Positions 29,216 to 41,839 of a stretch of DNA of 64,000 bases are shown piece by piece. This DNA is from Felis catus (taxonomy: Eukaryota). The notes beneath the pieces were generated by a model that saw only the letters and a program-made list of their open reading frames with translations, was not told the origin of the DNA and did not search any database. The position numbers and the translations under genes are program-made. Each line of letters starts with the position of its first letter. Position 1 is the stretch's first letter. The DNA lies in contig NC_058373.1 in assembly GCF_018350175.1 (NCBI RefSeq), positions 113,028,001 to 113,092,000 on the forward strand. Direction: 5' to 3'.

Positions 29216-30062
29216 TAATCAGGAAGCCATTTCAGTTTGAGGGCAGTTTGATCACTTTGTATATATCCACAAACCAGACTTCTATTCTTATTTATTTAAT
29301 AGCAGTTGTTACAATAGAATCTGTCTTATCTACTGATGTTTGTTGAAGAATCTATAAAATGTCCTTATTTTCACTCAAACTCATTCATTGCTTTGGTAGA
29401 GCAGTGTCAGTGGTCATTGTTTTTAGGCCTTGTTTTATTGGCTCTTGTCTCTATGTTGAACACTGCTCCCTGCTATCTCTGGACCAGAATTTGTGATTAC
29501 TGTTCAGGTTGGAGGTATCTGAACAAGGCAGTCAGTGGTGTACTGGGAAATAATAGTTACCTGACAGTAAAACTCCATACAGTTAAAAAATAGAATGAAT
29601 GACAGAGACCATGTATCTGGGAAGTGAGAATATGTGCATATTTGCATCATTTTTCTAATCCTGGTCACAATTACTGTTTCAAGTTATACTTTATTAAAAT
29701 TGATGTGTGCCAGAGTAGATAACCTAGAATTGTTATAGCACTGTGGTATCTTTCAATCCTTCACTGTGCAATTTTTCTAAGCTTACACCAAATGGAATAC
29801 AAAAACCAAAGACTTCTAAGCTAAGTGGCTTTCTCTGGTGGACCAGAATTGCAGAATGTCCCATTCCTGAGTAGCTTAATATAATGGAGTTCATGAAAGG
29901 CCCAATTTGTGCTTCCTTATGAAACAGCATTCATCTTTACCAACTTTTTAGAAAGTGTTCTAGGGGATCCAGAATAGTCCAGTTTAGGGAATATTGATTA
30001 TAAGGTCATAGAATGATTTTTGTAAGTGACAATTTTTAAATAACCTAATCTTTCTGTTGCAG

Positions 30063-30140
30063 TCTGATATGCATGGTACTCTGACATTTGTTCTGATTCC
30101 CAGTCAACAGATCAAGCCTCCTCCAGCCAAGGAAACAGTA
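30063..30140 (+). CDS. PALS1: PALS1 coding exon 6 (SDMHGTLTF...KETV)
   Basis: gcag|TCT acceptor, GTA|gtaagt donor; 78 nt. Confidence 0.96.
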
Positions 30141-30204
30141 GTAAGTGATTTTTTTATGTCCCATTATTTATTTTCTGGTGGCTACTGTTTACTTTTTTAT
30201 TTAA

Positions 30205-31300
30205 CTGACAAACTTTTTTTTTTAGAGTACTTTATGTTCACAGCAAAATTGAACACCGAGTTCTCACATATCTCTTGCCCCAACACGCACATAATTATCT
30301 CCACTATCAGCATCCTGTACCAGGTAGAACACTTGTTATGTTGATGAATCGACGGTTTCATTATTTCTCAAAGACCATAGTTAACATCAGGATTCACTTT
30401 TGGTGTTGTACATCCTATGGGTTTGACAAGTGTATAGTTCATATGTATCCATCATTTTATTATACAGAATAGTTTGCCCTAAAAATTGTCTTGCTCTGCC
30501 TAATCGGCACTTCCTAACCCCAGTCCACGGCAACCACTGATCTCCATAGTTTTGCCTTTTCCATAATGTCATATAGGAGGAATCAAACAGTAGGTAGCCA
30601 CTTCAGATTGGCTGTTTTCATGAGTGATAAGCATTTAAGTTTCCTCCATGTCTTTTCTTAGCTTTTGGTAGCTCCTTTTTTTTTTTTTAAGTGCCAAATA
30701 ATGTTCCATTGTCTGGTTATACGGTAGCTTATCCACTTACCTACTGAAGGCTATCTTGCTTGTTTCTAGGTTTTGGTGGTTATCAGTAAAGCTGCTATAA
30801 ACATCCCTGTGCAGGTTTTTTGGGGTTTTTTTTTTCTTTTTTTTTTTTGGTTTTTTTTTTTTTTTTTTGGTTTTTGGTTTTTAATTTATTGTTTGATTTA
30901 TATCCAAGTTAGTTAGCATATGGTGCAACAATGATTTCAGGAGTAGATTCCTTAATGCCCCTTACCCATTTAAACATCCCCTCTCCCACAACCCCCTCCA
31001 GCAACCCTCTGTTTGTTCTCTATATTTCAGAGTCTTTTATGTTTTGTCCTCTTCCCTGTTTTTATATTCTTTTTGCTTCCCTTCCCTTATGTTCATCTGT
31101 TTAGTATCTTAAATTCCTCATATGAGTGAGTCATATGATACTTGTCTTTCTCTGACTGATTTCACTTAGCATAATACCCTCTTGTTCCATCCATGTAGTC
31201 CTATGCAGGTTTTTTTGTGTGGATATGTTTTTGTCTCATTTGGTATACTAAGGAATTGAAAATTTATGTCCACACAAAAACTTGTACATATATGTTTACT
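30205..31300 (-). mobile_element. Old L1M fragment interrupted by a younger feline L1 3' end (30822-31199)
   Basis: Long T/G tail 30822-30885; TSD cct(g/a)tgcaggtttttt at 30806 and 31200. Confidence 0.8.
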
Positions 31301-31619
31301 TTTGAGTCTTAGAAATGTCTCTTTAATTACTTCTTAACACTCAAGTAAAAGGTAAATTCAGCAGTTCTCATTTAAATAAACATAAATATTAATATTTCAA
31401 AGTTAGTAAACTCTGAAAAGTAAAAAATAAAACATAGTTTTCTTCCAGAATTTTTATGACTTGCAACTTCTTTTTCTGTCATTATAGGTGGTTTATTTAA
31501 CTTAAACATAGTGCAGGAGGAAAAAGTGCTTTTTCAAAGTATGTACAGCTTTAATTTTAGAATATCTATTGCTCTTTATGTTAAACATTTATTCAACTGC
31601 TATGGTAAAAGACAAACTT

Positions 31620-32165
31620 CATACAGCCTAACAGTTCCACTCCTAGATATATATCCAAAAAATTGAAAACACATCCTCAAAAAAACTTGTATGTGAATGT
31701 TCATGGCAGCATTATTTTATTAACCACAAAGTAGAAACAGCCCAAATGTCTGCTACCTGATGAATGGAAAATGAAATATGATCTACCCATTTTTAGAAAG
31801 GAATATTATTTGGCGGTAAAAAGGAATAAAGTACTGATACTTGCTATAACATGGGTGAACTTGAAAAAATTAGGCTAGATGAAAGAAGCCAGTCACAAAA
31901 GGCCATATATTGGTTCATTTATATGAAATGTCCAGAATAGGTAAATTTGTAGAGACAGGAGGTAGTAGATCCTTAGGTGTCGGAATGGAGAGTTAGGAGA
32001 GCATGGGAGTGATTCTTAATCAGTATGAGGTTTCCTTTGGAGGTGATAAAAAAATGTTACAAAATTGTTCATGGTTGTACAACTCTGAATTAATAAAAAG
32101 TATCTAATTGTGTACAGTAGTGACTTTTATAATGTATGAGTTATTTCTCAGTAAAGCTGTTCAGA
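31620..32165 (+). mobile_element. Old L1M-type 3' end
   Basis: gttcatggcagcatt...gaaagaagccagtcacaaaaggcc...ctcagtaaagctgtt. Confidence 0.75.
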
Positions 32166-32301
32166 AATTTACAGACTTCAAAATGCTGAGTTGATGTAGA
32201 AGGCTGATGTGTATTGCGTCTGTTATTATTAACTTCTACAAAAGCATAATGGTTTGAAAGAACACAGTTTCATTTTTTTGTCAATATTTCATCACAGTTA
32301 T

Positions 32302-32515
32302 GGGGCACCTGGGTGGCTCGGTTGGGCGACTGACTTCGGCTCAGGTCATAATCTCACAGTTCATGAGTTCGAGCCCCGCGTCAGGCTCTGTGCTGACAGC
32401 TCGGAGCCTGGAGCCTGTTTCAGATTCTGTGTGTTCCCTCTCTTTACCCCTCCCCTGCTCATGCTCTGTGTCTCTGTCTCTCGATAATAAATAAACGTTA
32501 AATTAAAAAAAAAAA
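32302..32515 (+). mobile_element. CanSINE
   Basis: TSD atttcatcacagttat. Confidence 0.92.
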
Positions 32516-32864
32516 TTTCATCACAGTTATGCTTCATATTTTGGCTATCATTCCATATTTTCCCTTCATTCCTTATGGAACATATTGAAGTTGATGTTGC
32601 ATCTGCAAGCTTCCTTCTGTTTAAAGTGCTTTGTAGGAAGAAAAATGAGGAAATAGTTTGTCCCTGAATTCCATCAGCCTCATTCTCTATGCCTTTTTCC
32701 CTGTAAATGAGGCCTTAATTTCAAAAGTAGCTCTGCAATCTGAGTAGACTTCACAGAGGAGGGTTAGAATATGCATTTACTTATCTGGGCTTTAAAAAAA
32801 ATAATAAAGGGACAGAGAGAAAGGAAAAGATGGAAGGTTTATCCATTTTAAAATACAGTATTTT

Positions 32865-32970
32865 GGGGGTGACTAGCTGGCTCAATCAGTAGAGTATGTG
32901 GCCCTTGATCTCAGGATTGTGAGTTTAAGCCCCACATTGATTCAGCATTTGATGGTAGAGATGCTTTTCA
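32865..32970 (+). mobile_element. Short CanSINE lacking (CT)n, host of the L1 fragment
   Basis: tRNA-like head ending gtagagat. Confidence 0.7.
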
Positions 32971-33235
32971 TCGATGAGTTTATGTTTGTGATTAATTGAT
33001 TTATATATTTGGGTGCTTCCATATTTGGCACGTAAATGTTTACAATTGTTAGGTCTTCTTGGTGGATAGACCCCTTAATTATGATATACATGCCCTTCTT
33101 CATCTCTTGATACAGTCTTTTTTAAAGTCTAGGTTGTCTGATAGAAGTATGGCTACTCCGGCTTTCTTTTGTTTACCATTAGCATGATAGATGGTTCTCC
33201 ATCCCCTTACTTTGAATCTGTAGGTGTCTTTAGGT
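32971..33235 (-). mobile_element. Internal L1 ORF2 endonuclease-domain fragment
   Basis: Minus strand reads PKDTYRFKVRGWRTIYHANGKQKKAGVAILLSDNLDFK...IIIKGSIHQEDLTIVNIY with frameshifts; 15-bp TSD. Confidence 0.9.
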
Positions 33236-33799
33236 TAGAGATGCTTTTCAAAATGAAAAGATGATGTACAGTATTTTTTTTCCTTCATTTCCTTCTTAAA
33301 TTGTGAAGAACTCTCAAAATTGCCATATCTCTTGGAAAGTTTTTATCAAACCTAACTGGCTGAAAATGAATTACTGTTATTAAAGCTTGCACAAAGAAAA
33401 CAGTGATAGGAAATTATAATTTTAGTTATTGGAGAATATGCAGAATAATTATCTGTGAGATTGCTGAATTTAAGAAATTAAAACAATTTATTGACCACTG
33501 TTATGGTACAAGTCAGGATCTATTAAGAGCAGCAAAAGGTATCTTTCTGATGTATGTTTTGTGATGTTTGAAGAAATGTGTGTTTAAGAGAAAATGGGAG
33601 TTATCTGCCAACCCCACTATATTTACTTGCTGAATTATGACGTCACAGACGGCAGGAGTCAGCTCTATCAGAAGTACTGCTTTATTTAGGTTTCTTTTGC
33701 ATCACACATAGCAACCAGTGGCTGCTCTATCAGTCACAGAGGGCAAGAGTCTTGGCACCTTTGTAGTTCACTTCTGGGTGATGGGCACATTTGTCCCAG

Positions 33800-34023
33800 G
33801 AAACAGCATCATTCATTCATTCATTTATTTTTTAATGTTTGTTTATTTTTGAGAAAGAGTGCAAGCTGGAGAGGGTAGCAAGAGGGAGACACAGAATTCA
33901 AAGCACACTCCAGACTCTGAGCTGTCCGCACAGAGCCTGACACAGGGCTCAAACTCATGAACCATGAGATCGTGACATGAGCCGAAGTCAGACGCTTAAC
34001 CGACTGAGCCACCCAGGTGCCCC
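33800..34023 (-). mobile_element. CanSINE
   Basis: Reverse copy with (TTCA)n tail. Confidence 0.9.
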
Positions 34024-34667
34024 AACATAACATCATTTAAATGGCAGTTTCCTTCTGTCTGCATTGACTTGAAAAAAAAAGTTGGAGTTCTCAGACAAGT
34101 GTGCAAAACTCTAGATTATTCTACCATATAATTGAAATAATATGGAAGGAAGAAATAAAATATTTGAACATGAAGGCATTTTTTTCATGTAGTCCAGTGC
34201 TCTGATCTAACAGAAATAAATTGAAATGTGAGGGGTCACAATGCTTATTAGTGATGGAATATGTACTAGAAAATTCAGAGATTATTGATTATCCAATAAA
34301 TATTAGCTATTATTGTGATTACTCACTCAGTACCAGGTATGGTACTAATTGTTTTTTATAGGTTTTACCTCATTTAATGCCCACAGCATCCCTGTAAAAA
34401 TACAGGTATTTTTATTTAACCCCTTCAACAGGCATTGAAACTAGAACTTAGGTCAAGTTAATTGCCCAAGCCCACTATTAATAAGTGACTAAGGACTAAA
34501 TCTTATGCTTATTCCAGAAATTATGCTTTTAACAGTGTATAGTATAACAGGTAATGTCCCACAAAGCCACTAAATATTGCATTACTGTTTATTACCAATC
34601 TAAAGAAAATAATTAGAATACCATGATAGAAAAGTGTAACTATAGATGAATTAACGTCTTAGTAGCT

Positions 34668-34897
34668 GGGACGCCTAGGTGGCTGGCTCAGTTGGTTAAG
34701 CATCCAACTCTTGATTTTGGCCCAGGTCATGATCTCATGGTTTGTGAGTTCGAGCCCTACGTCAGGCTCTGCAATGATAGCACGGAGCCTGCTTAGGATT
34801 CTCTCTCGCTTGCTCGCTCGCTGCTCTTCCCCTCTTCGTGTGTGCTCCCTCTCTCTCTTTCTGTCTCAGAAGTAAATAAACCTTAAAAAAAACAAAA
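34668..34897 (+). mobile_element. CanSINE
   Basis: TSD ttagtagct. Confidence 0.9.
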
Positions 34898-35249
34898 CTT
34901 GTTAGTAGCTATATAAATAATGGTACTAGATTCTGAGTACAATAAAAGCATACTAAAGACATTAGTGTTTTAAATTGCCATAGGGTCTCTTTTGCCTACA
35001 GAAGACTTACAGCTTTAAGAAGACTGGGAACATGACTGAAGTCTTCATTTGTGGGGATTGGGATGGGAGGATAGGAGAGAGATGTGGTTTAAGGGGAATT
35101 TATAGGCTTAGGAAAGGAGAATGCTAAAAATCACAGGTCAGGGATACAAAACACAGAATTAGCCACTAGCCAAATGGTATTAATAATTGAAATCTATTCT
35201 TAGGGGTCCCCAGTTTTTTCCTTACAGTGAAAATCTTGTTTTTGTGTAC

Positions 35250-36500
35250 TAGGCACTATGCTAAGCAGTGAGTTGATAATAATTAACATGATATAAAATA
35301 GCTATAGCTTGTAGTAAATGATAAAATGGAAATAAGCAGCCTTGAACACTGAAGAATAAAAAGAAATAGGATTAAGTGGTCAGGAAAGTCCTCTGGGTGG
35401 AGGCAACATGAGGCTGAGACCTGCAAGAAGAGATGAAGCTAGGCCTATTAATTGCCAGAAGACCTTTCTATTTGGAAATCCTTGGAGGTGGAGGAAAGTG
35501 GGGGAGTGGAAAAGTGGGGAGAGGATTCAAAGAGATGAAGCTGGAAAGGTAGGTAGGACCAGGTCAAGTAGATCTCTGTGGCCACAGCAGGAAGTTTGGA
35601 TATTAAATCTAGTATCATGATCTGATTTGTATTAAAAAAAAAAAACATTTCTTGGGTGCCTGGGTGGCTCAGTCGGTTAAGTGTCCAACTTCGGCTCAGG
35701 TCATGGTCTCACAGCTCGTGATTTTGAGCCCCATGTCGAGCTCTGTGCTGACAGCTCAGAGCCTGGAGCCTGCTTCAGATTCTGTCTCCCTCTCTCTTTC
35801 TGCCCTTCCCCTGTTCGTGCTCTGTCTCTGGCTCTCTCAAAAATAAACATTAAAACATATATTTAAATAAATAAGAATAAAAAATTAAAAAATAAAACAA
35901 TTTTGGGGGCGCCTGGGTGACTCTGTTGGTTAAGTGGCCTACATCAGCTCAGGTCATGATCTCATGGTTTGTGACTTTGAGTCCATGTCAGGCTTTCTTC
36001 TTTCGGTGCAGAGCCCACTTCAGATCCTCTGTTCTGCTCTCTTTTTGCCCCTACCCCCACTCATGCTCACTCTCAAAAATAAATACACATAAAAAAAATC
36101 ATCTGGCCGCTGTGTGGAAATTGGATTAGTAGAGCCAGTAAGGGAAGCAAGGAGACTTAGGAAACTGAAATCATTATAAAGTATGATGATGGCTTAAACT
36201 AGGATGATAGCAGTGGCAATAGAGAAAATAGATCGGGTGGTGTTCTAGAAGTAGAGATGGCAAGACCTTGTAAAGAATGCAGAGAGTAAAAGAGGAAGCA
36301 AGGATGCTTGAATAACCCACTGAGTGGATAGTGGTTCTGCTTACTAAAGGGAAGTCTGGAGGAAATAGATTTCGGGAGAAAAATGAAGAGGTCCATTTTC
36401 CAGGTTGAAGGGCATTCATGTGGACATACTGAGTACATAGAATTGAATGTATCAGTCTGTAATTCTAAGGAGAGATCTGGGCTATAGTTGTATTTACTGT
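35250..36500 (+). mobile_element. Degenerate L2 remnant interrupted by SINEs
   Basis: aggcactatgctaagc start and purine-rich L2-like body. Confidence 0.5.
35654..36098 (+). mobile_element. Two tandem CanSINEs (35654-35897, 35905-36098)
   Basis: Two heads and two tails. Confidence 0.9.
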
Positions 36501-36745
36501 GGGGAGAGCAGGTCAGGGGAGAAGTCTGTTTATATGTATTATGTGTTTGCAAGAAATTCTATAGTTTAAAAAAAAATGATTAAGGATGTTCACAGTTTTT
36601 AAAGAGTTGAGAACTGCCTTTGTCAAATGTATTTACTTTTCTGTTAAGAAGTATAAAATGTATTCTCTAATTTTCATCTTAATTTTTTCTCTCCTTTGGA
36701 AGAGGATCTGGAATTTTATAATGCAGTAAGATTTTTATGAATACT

Positions 36746-36968
36746 GGGGCGCCTGGGTGACTCAATTGGTTAAGCGTCCGACTTCAGCTCAGGTCATGAT
36801 CTCACGGCTTGTGAGTTTGAGCCCTACATCGGGCTCTGTGCTGACAGCTCAGAGCCTGGAGTCTTCTTTGGATTCTGTGTCTCCTTCTCTCTCTGCCTCT
36901 CCCCCGTGCATGCTCTCGCTCTTGCTCTCTCTGTCTCTCTCTCTCAAGAATAAACATTTTTTAAAAAT
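36746..36968 (+). mobile_element. CanSINE
   Basis: TSD taagatttttatgaa. Confidence 0.9.
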
Positions 36969-37701
36969 TTAAGATTTTTATGAAATTTCAGTGTATATTA
37001 GATGGACATCCCTTTTCAAGTTAGGGCAATTGCTGTGTTAAGTTTGCTGTTATTCTAAGGTTCATATTTCTGTCTCCCTTCTATTAAACAACTTCTGGAT
37101 GTCCCACAGATACCCAAAGCTTCTCATATAAGATATGGAAGCAGACAAAGAATCCTTGAGTGGGCATCGGGAGGAGGAATCTAGGGTTGGAGGAGGAATT
37201 TGGAAACTGTTATAACACACTGGAAAGGCTTTTCTTGATGCTGCCCTTAATTTTACAGTGTGAGCAAGGGGTAGAGTTTAGGCCAAAGCTAAAGGAAGAT
37301 AGACTTTCATTCTTTTCTCTTCCACAAATAATTTTAAAACTTCAAGATAAATCTATAATAAGAAATACAGAAATAAAAATTACAAAGAAAAATTATTTTG
37401 GAGCATGGACTCCCTTAGGAAAGATGTAAATAAATTGATGAATTGTTATCTCTTTACCATATCCCCATCATTAGGACTTCGAATGTGAATAGTTTACAGG
37501 TACTATGAAAAGGCCCAGAGAAAAATGTTGGGCTGGAAGGTAATTGTATATAAACACAAGAGTTTGTTTTGTTTTGAAACCAAACAATATTTTGATCATG
37601 AGATACATTGTACTGATATTGCAGCATTGTTAAACCCTGGAGTCTTCTAGAAGGGTCAGCATCTCTCCATTTTAAAAAGGCTTTGTTTTCCTTTGTATGG
37701 T

Positions 37702-37726
37702 AAAAAAAAAAAAAAAAAAAAAAAAA
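37702..37726. repeat. Poly(A) run of about 25 nt
   Basis: Read directly; no SINE body attached. Confidence 0.9.
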
Positions 37727-38201
37727 TAGCCACTAAAGGAGCTGGAGAGGAAAAATGGATGGATGGAGATACCTTCTACAACTGATAAGAGTTGATCGGT
37801 AGAATATATGGATAGAAGTCACATAGAGTATGGCAAGGCAATGCTCAGACTTTAACTCAACCAAATGGTCAAGCTCTGTTGTGAAAAAACTTTGCTTTTT
37901 TTTTTTCTTTTGCTTTGCTCTTAATTTTAGGGTACATTGTATACAGCTCTAGATAAACTTGTCACATAAGCAAAGCATTTCCCCTCTGTACTCTTTCTCA
38001 GCCTACACAAAGAGAGGCCCCATTCCAAACCAGCTAAATCTGAATGGTCAAGGGGTGACCCCAAGGCAGGAGTGGAGTGAAAAGCATCTCTGGCTGATTT
38101 TGTTGGACTTTGGCAAAGGTCATTGAACTAGATACAGCCTCCACAGTGGTCTAATTAGTTTCCCTTAGGGTAGTAGTTCCCTAAGATTTTAGGGTACATT
38201 T

Positions 38202-38217
38202 CTTCCTTCCTTCCTTC

Positions 38218-38267
<50 letters not shown>

Positions 38268-38307
38268 CTCTCTTTCATTCATTCATTCATTCATTCATTC
38301 ATTCATT
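38202..38307. repeat. Compound (TTCC)n(TTTC)n(TTCA)n microsatellite in a SINE tail
   Basis: Read directly from sequence. Confidence 0.95.
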
Positions 38308-38509
38308 TTTTTTAAATGCTTATTTATTTATTTTTGAGAGAGACAGCACACAAGCGGGGGAAGTGCAGAGAAAGAGGGAGACAGAATCTGAAGCAGGCTC
38401 CAGGCTCTGAGCTGTCAGCGCAGAGCCCAACACAGGGCCCGAATCACAAACTATGAGATCATGACCTGAGCTGATGTTGGATGCTTAACCGACTGAGCCA
38501 CCCAGGCAC
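38202..38509 (-). mobile_element. CanSINE with microsatellite-expanded tail
   Basis: TSD tagggtacattt on both sides. Confidence 0.9.
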
Positions 38510-40938
38510 TAGGGTACATTTTAAATGGCATGTGTGTAACAGTTATCCGAGGAACCTAGTTAAAATGCAGAGTCAAAGTCGGAGATGTGGCATAAGAATT
38601 TAGTATTTTGATAAACATTCTAGGAAAGTGATCTTAGCAGAACACTTTGAAAACATGCTCTGTATTGCTTTCAGAAAGCTATTTGATAAAATCGTCAGTC
38701 AGGTGACCAAATTAGTCTGATCTCCCTAGATGTCTAAAATAAAAGCCTGATAACAAAAATCTCTCTACCTCCTTAAATAATCCCTGTGATTCCATAATTA
38801 GATTCCTAAGACTCTTTGGCTAAAAAGGCAACAATTTAAGCAGATTTTGGAAGGTTGGTTGACAGGGATAGTTGACAGGGACTTCTAGATTATCCTACAT
38901 TTTATGCCAAGGTTATAAATTGTATGTATAATCTCTAATCAAAGTCTCAACAGTGTTTTGATTCTCTGCTACTTTTGTATAACTTTCTAAAATTTATTTT
39001 TGGTTTTACCTGGCAGAGTTTTCAAGGTGTTAAAACTCTGTTTTCACATTAACAGTAAGGCTCTTTAGGGCACTCTCTAGCTGGAATGCAGCAGAACACA
39101 GTCCAAATGAAAGAGGTCTCTTAACCATATTTAATCCAAGAGTGTGTACGTTGTGATTCCATTTGTATGAAGCAAAGTACCGGGAAAACTAATCTGTGCT
39201 TCTAGAAATCAGGATGATGTTTGCCCTTCCTTGGAGGACATAGAGTGGTTAGTGACCGAAAGGTACAGGAGTCAGGGCTTCTCGCGTGCTGGTGATATTC
39301 TCGTTCTTGATTTGCATGCTGGTTATACAGGTATGTTTCATTTGTGGAATTCATTGAGCCATACATTTATGACTTTGTGTACTATTTGAACTTACAGAGT
39401 ACATCCATGAAAAGATAACCCCCAAAAAGCAGACTAGCTATGTAAGTTCTGCATTTTTAACTGGATCATTTGCTTTATTTCAGTATTGCCAGTTTTATAT
39501 TGGGAGTTGGATTTTCTCATTTCCTATATATAGTAGTTAGTAAAATATTTTTCTGAAATTATAAAAATATTTAAGACACCCTCAAGCATAATTTCTGAAA
39601 GAGGCTGTTACTTTCATGAGGATTCTTGGTTATGCCTTATGGAGGGAGATGGATTAGATAGATAGAGATATATTTTTATCACTTAGAAAGTGTTTTATCA
39701 AATTTCATATATCCATCATCATTGAAAATACTCAATTTTGTGTTTTAGGAGCTGAAAAAAGATACTGTACTTTCATAAAACAATTCTTGAAGCAGACCAG
39801 TATTATTTTTATGATAGGTGGCCTCCATTATGGTGAGGATGTAAAAGGCAATAACAATTGGATAGAAAAGGACTCCGAATAATAAAATTCTTAAGCTGTC
39901 AATTAGTTCCTTGGCTCATTGAGCTGAAACCTGAAGTTTAACCTCTATGGGGCAGAAACACTCACTGCATATAGGTGCTGGATTTCATTAGATGAAAATG
40001 GACTTCTTACAGATTTTGGAAATGCCACATGTCACTTAACCAGGCTGGATAAAAATTATAATGGAAAGTTAAAGAGAATATTAATATTAATTCTTTTTAC
40101 TTTATTAAAATTAAGACAACTTTGTTACATCTTACAGAGGTATATTGGAGGAAATAGTATAGGAATAACTTAGCTCTCAGTAAGATTCATGTGAATTCTT
40201 ACCTACCTTTAATGCTGCAAGTGTAACACATTTTTTGATATGCAGAAAAATTGTTAGCAAAAATTATAACCGTACAACTAGTTAAATTTCAAAGCCTACA
40301 AATAGAATACACAGGAATTTATTATAAACTTGATTTAGGTGATTTTAGCAGTTTGGGGTGTGATTGTTTCTGAACCTAAACAGATCCCTTTTAAAAGAAA
40401 CACTGAGAGAAGTTTAAGGCACAGTCGCACTGACAGTGTATTCAAGAAGGGTAACAGCACCAGGGAAACTGACACTCTCCTGCATAGGTGACAGATGTGG
40501 TGAGGTTTAGTCCACATTTCTAGATAGTAGTGGTTTAGAAATTACATACCTTACTGCAGAGTCATTGTTTTCAAAGGTCAGGAATAGAGGGGGAAAGGGT
40601 CTCAGTTACATTCCTTCTGCTTCTCTCAAGCCTTTGAGGCCCCTTAGCACTTCAGGCTCAGTTAGCAGCTAACAGTGCAGTCCTGTGCATACTTTTATAC
40701 AGTTTTTGTTTGTTGTTTGTATTCTAGTACATGTTTGTAATCAACAGAGTGATGAACTTAACTGAAGAAAACAAGCCTGAGAAAATACCGCAGTTACTTA
40801 ACTAAACCTCCCTTCTTTCAACTCATAATTGCTTTGCACTAATAAAATTGTAACATTTTGATTATATTTATGCTGAATATTTTGTGTTGCCATTTCATCA
40901 TTACCGTTGTTTTGATTTTTACCCTTTTTATCTTTTAG

Positions 40939-41136
<198 letters not shown>

Positions 41137-41170
41137 TAGTATAAAGTACATATTTAAAAGAACATTTTGG

Positions 41171-41228
41171 AAAGAGCCCAAATGTCCATCGATGGATGAA
41201 TGGATAAAGATGTGGTATGTGTGTGTGT

Positions 41229-41263
<35 letters not shown>

Positions 41264-41630
41264 GGAGTATTACTCGGCAATAAAAAAGAATGAAATCTTG
41301 CCATTTGCAACTATGTGGATGGAACTAGAGGGTATTATGCTAAGCGAAATTAGAGAAAGACAAATATCTTATGACTTCACTCATGTGAGGACTTTAAGAC
41401 AGAACAGATGAACAAAGGGAAGGGAAGCAAAAATAATATAAAAACAGGGAGGGGAACAAAACATAAGAGACTTAAATATGGAGAACAAACAGAGGGTTAC
41501 TGGAAGGGTTGTGGGAGGGGGGAAGGGCTAAATGTGTAAGGGGCATTAAGGAATCTACTCCTGAAATCATTGTTGTACCATATGCTAACTAACTCAGATG
41601 TAAATTTTAAAAATTTTTTTAAAAATTAAA
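41171..41630 (+). mobile_element. 5'-truncated feline L1 with internal (TG)n(CA)n
   Basis: MEYYSAIKKNEILPFATMWMELEGIMLSEI is the ORF2 C-terminus; TSD 41156-41170 / 41631-41645. Confidence 0.9.
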
Positions 41631-41643
41631 AAAAAATCATTTT

Positions 41644-41839
41644 GGGGCATCTGGGTGGCTCAGTCAGTCAAGCATCTGGCTCTTGGTTTTGGCTCAGTTC
41701 ATGATCTCACAGTTTGTGAGATCAAGCCCCATGTCAGGCTCTGCCACTGACAGTGTGGAGCCTGCTTGGGATTCTCTCTCTCTCCCTCTCTGCCTCACCC
41801 CTGTTCACTCTTTCTAAAAACAAATAAACTTAAAAAAAA
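41644..41839 (+). mobile_element. CanSINE
   Basis: Head, (CT)n, A tail. Confidence 0.9.

Noticed and set aside
41217..41411. His-Thr repeat protein ORF
   Set aside because: A (CA)n microsatellite fused to an L1 ORF2 C-terminal remnant
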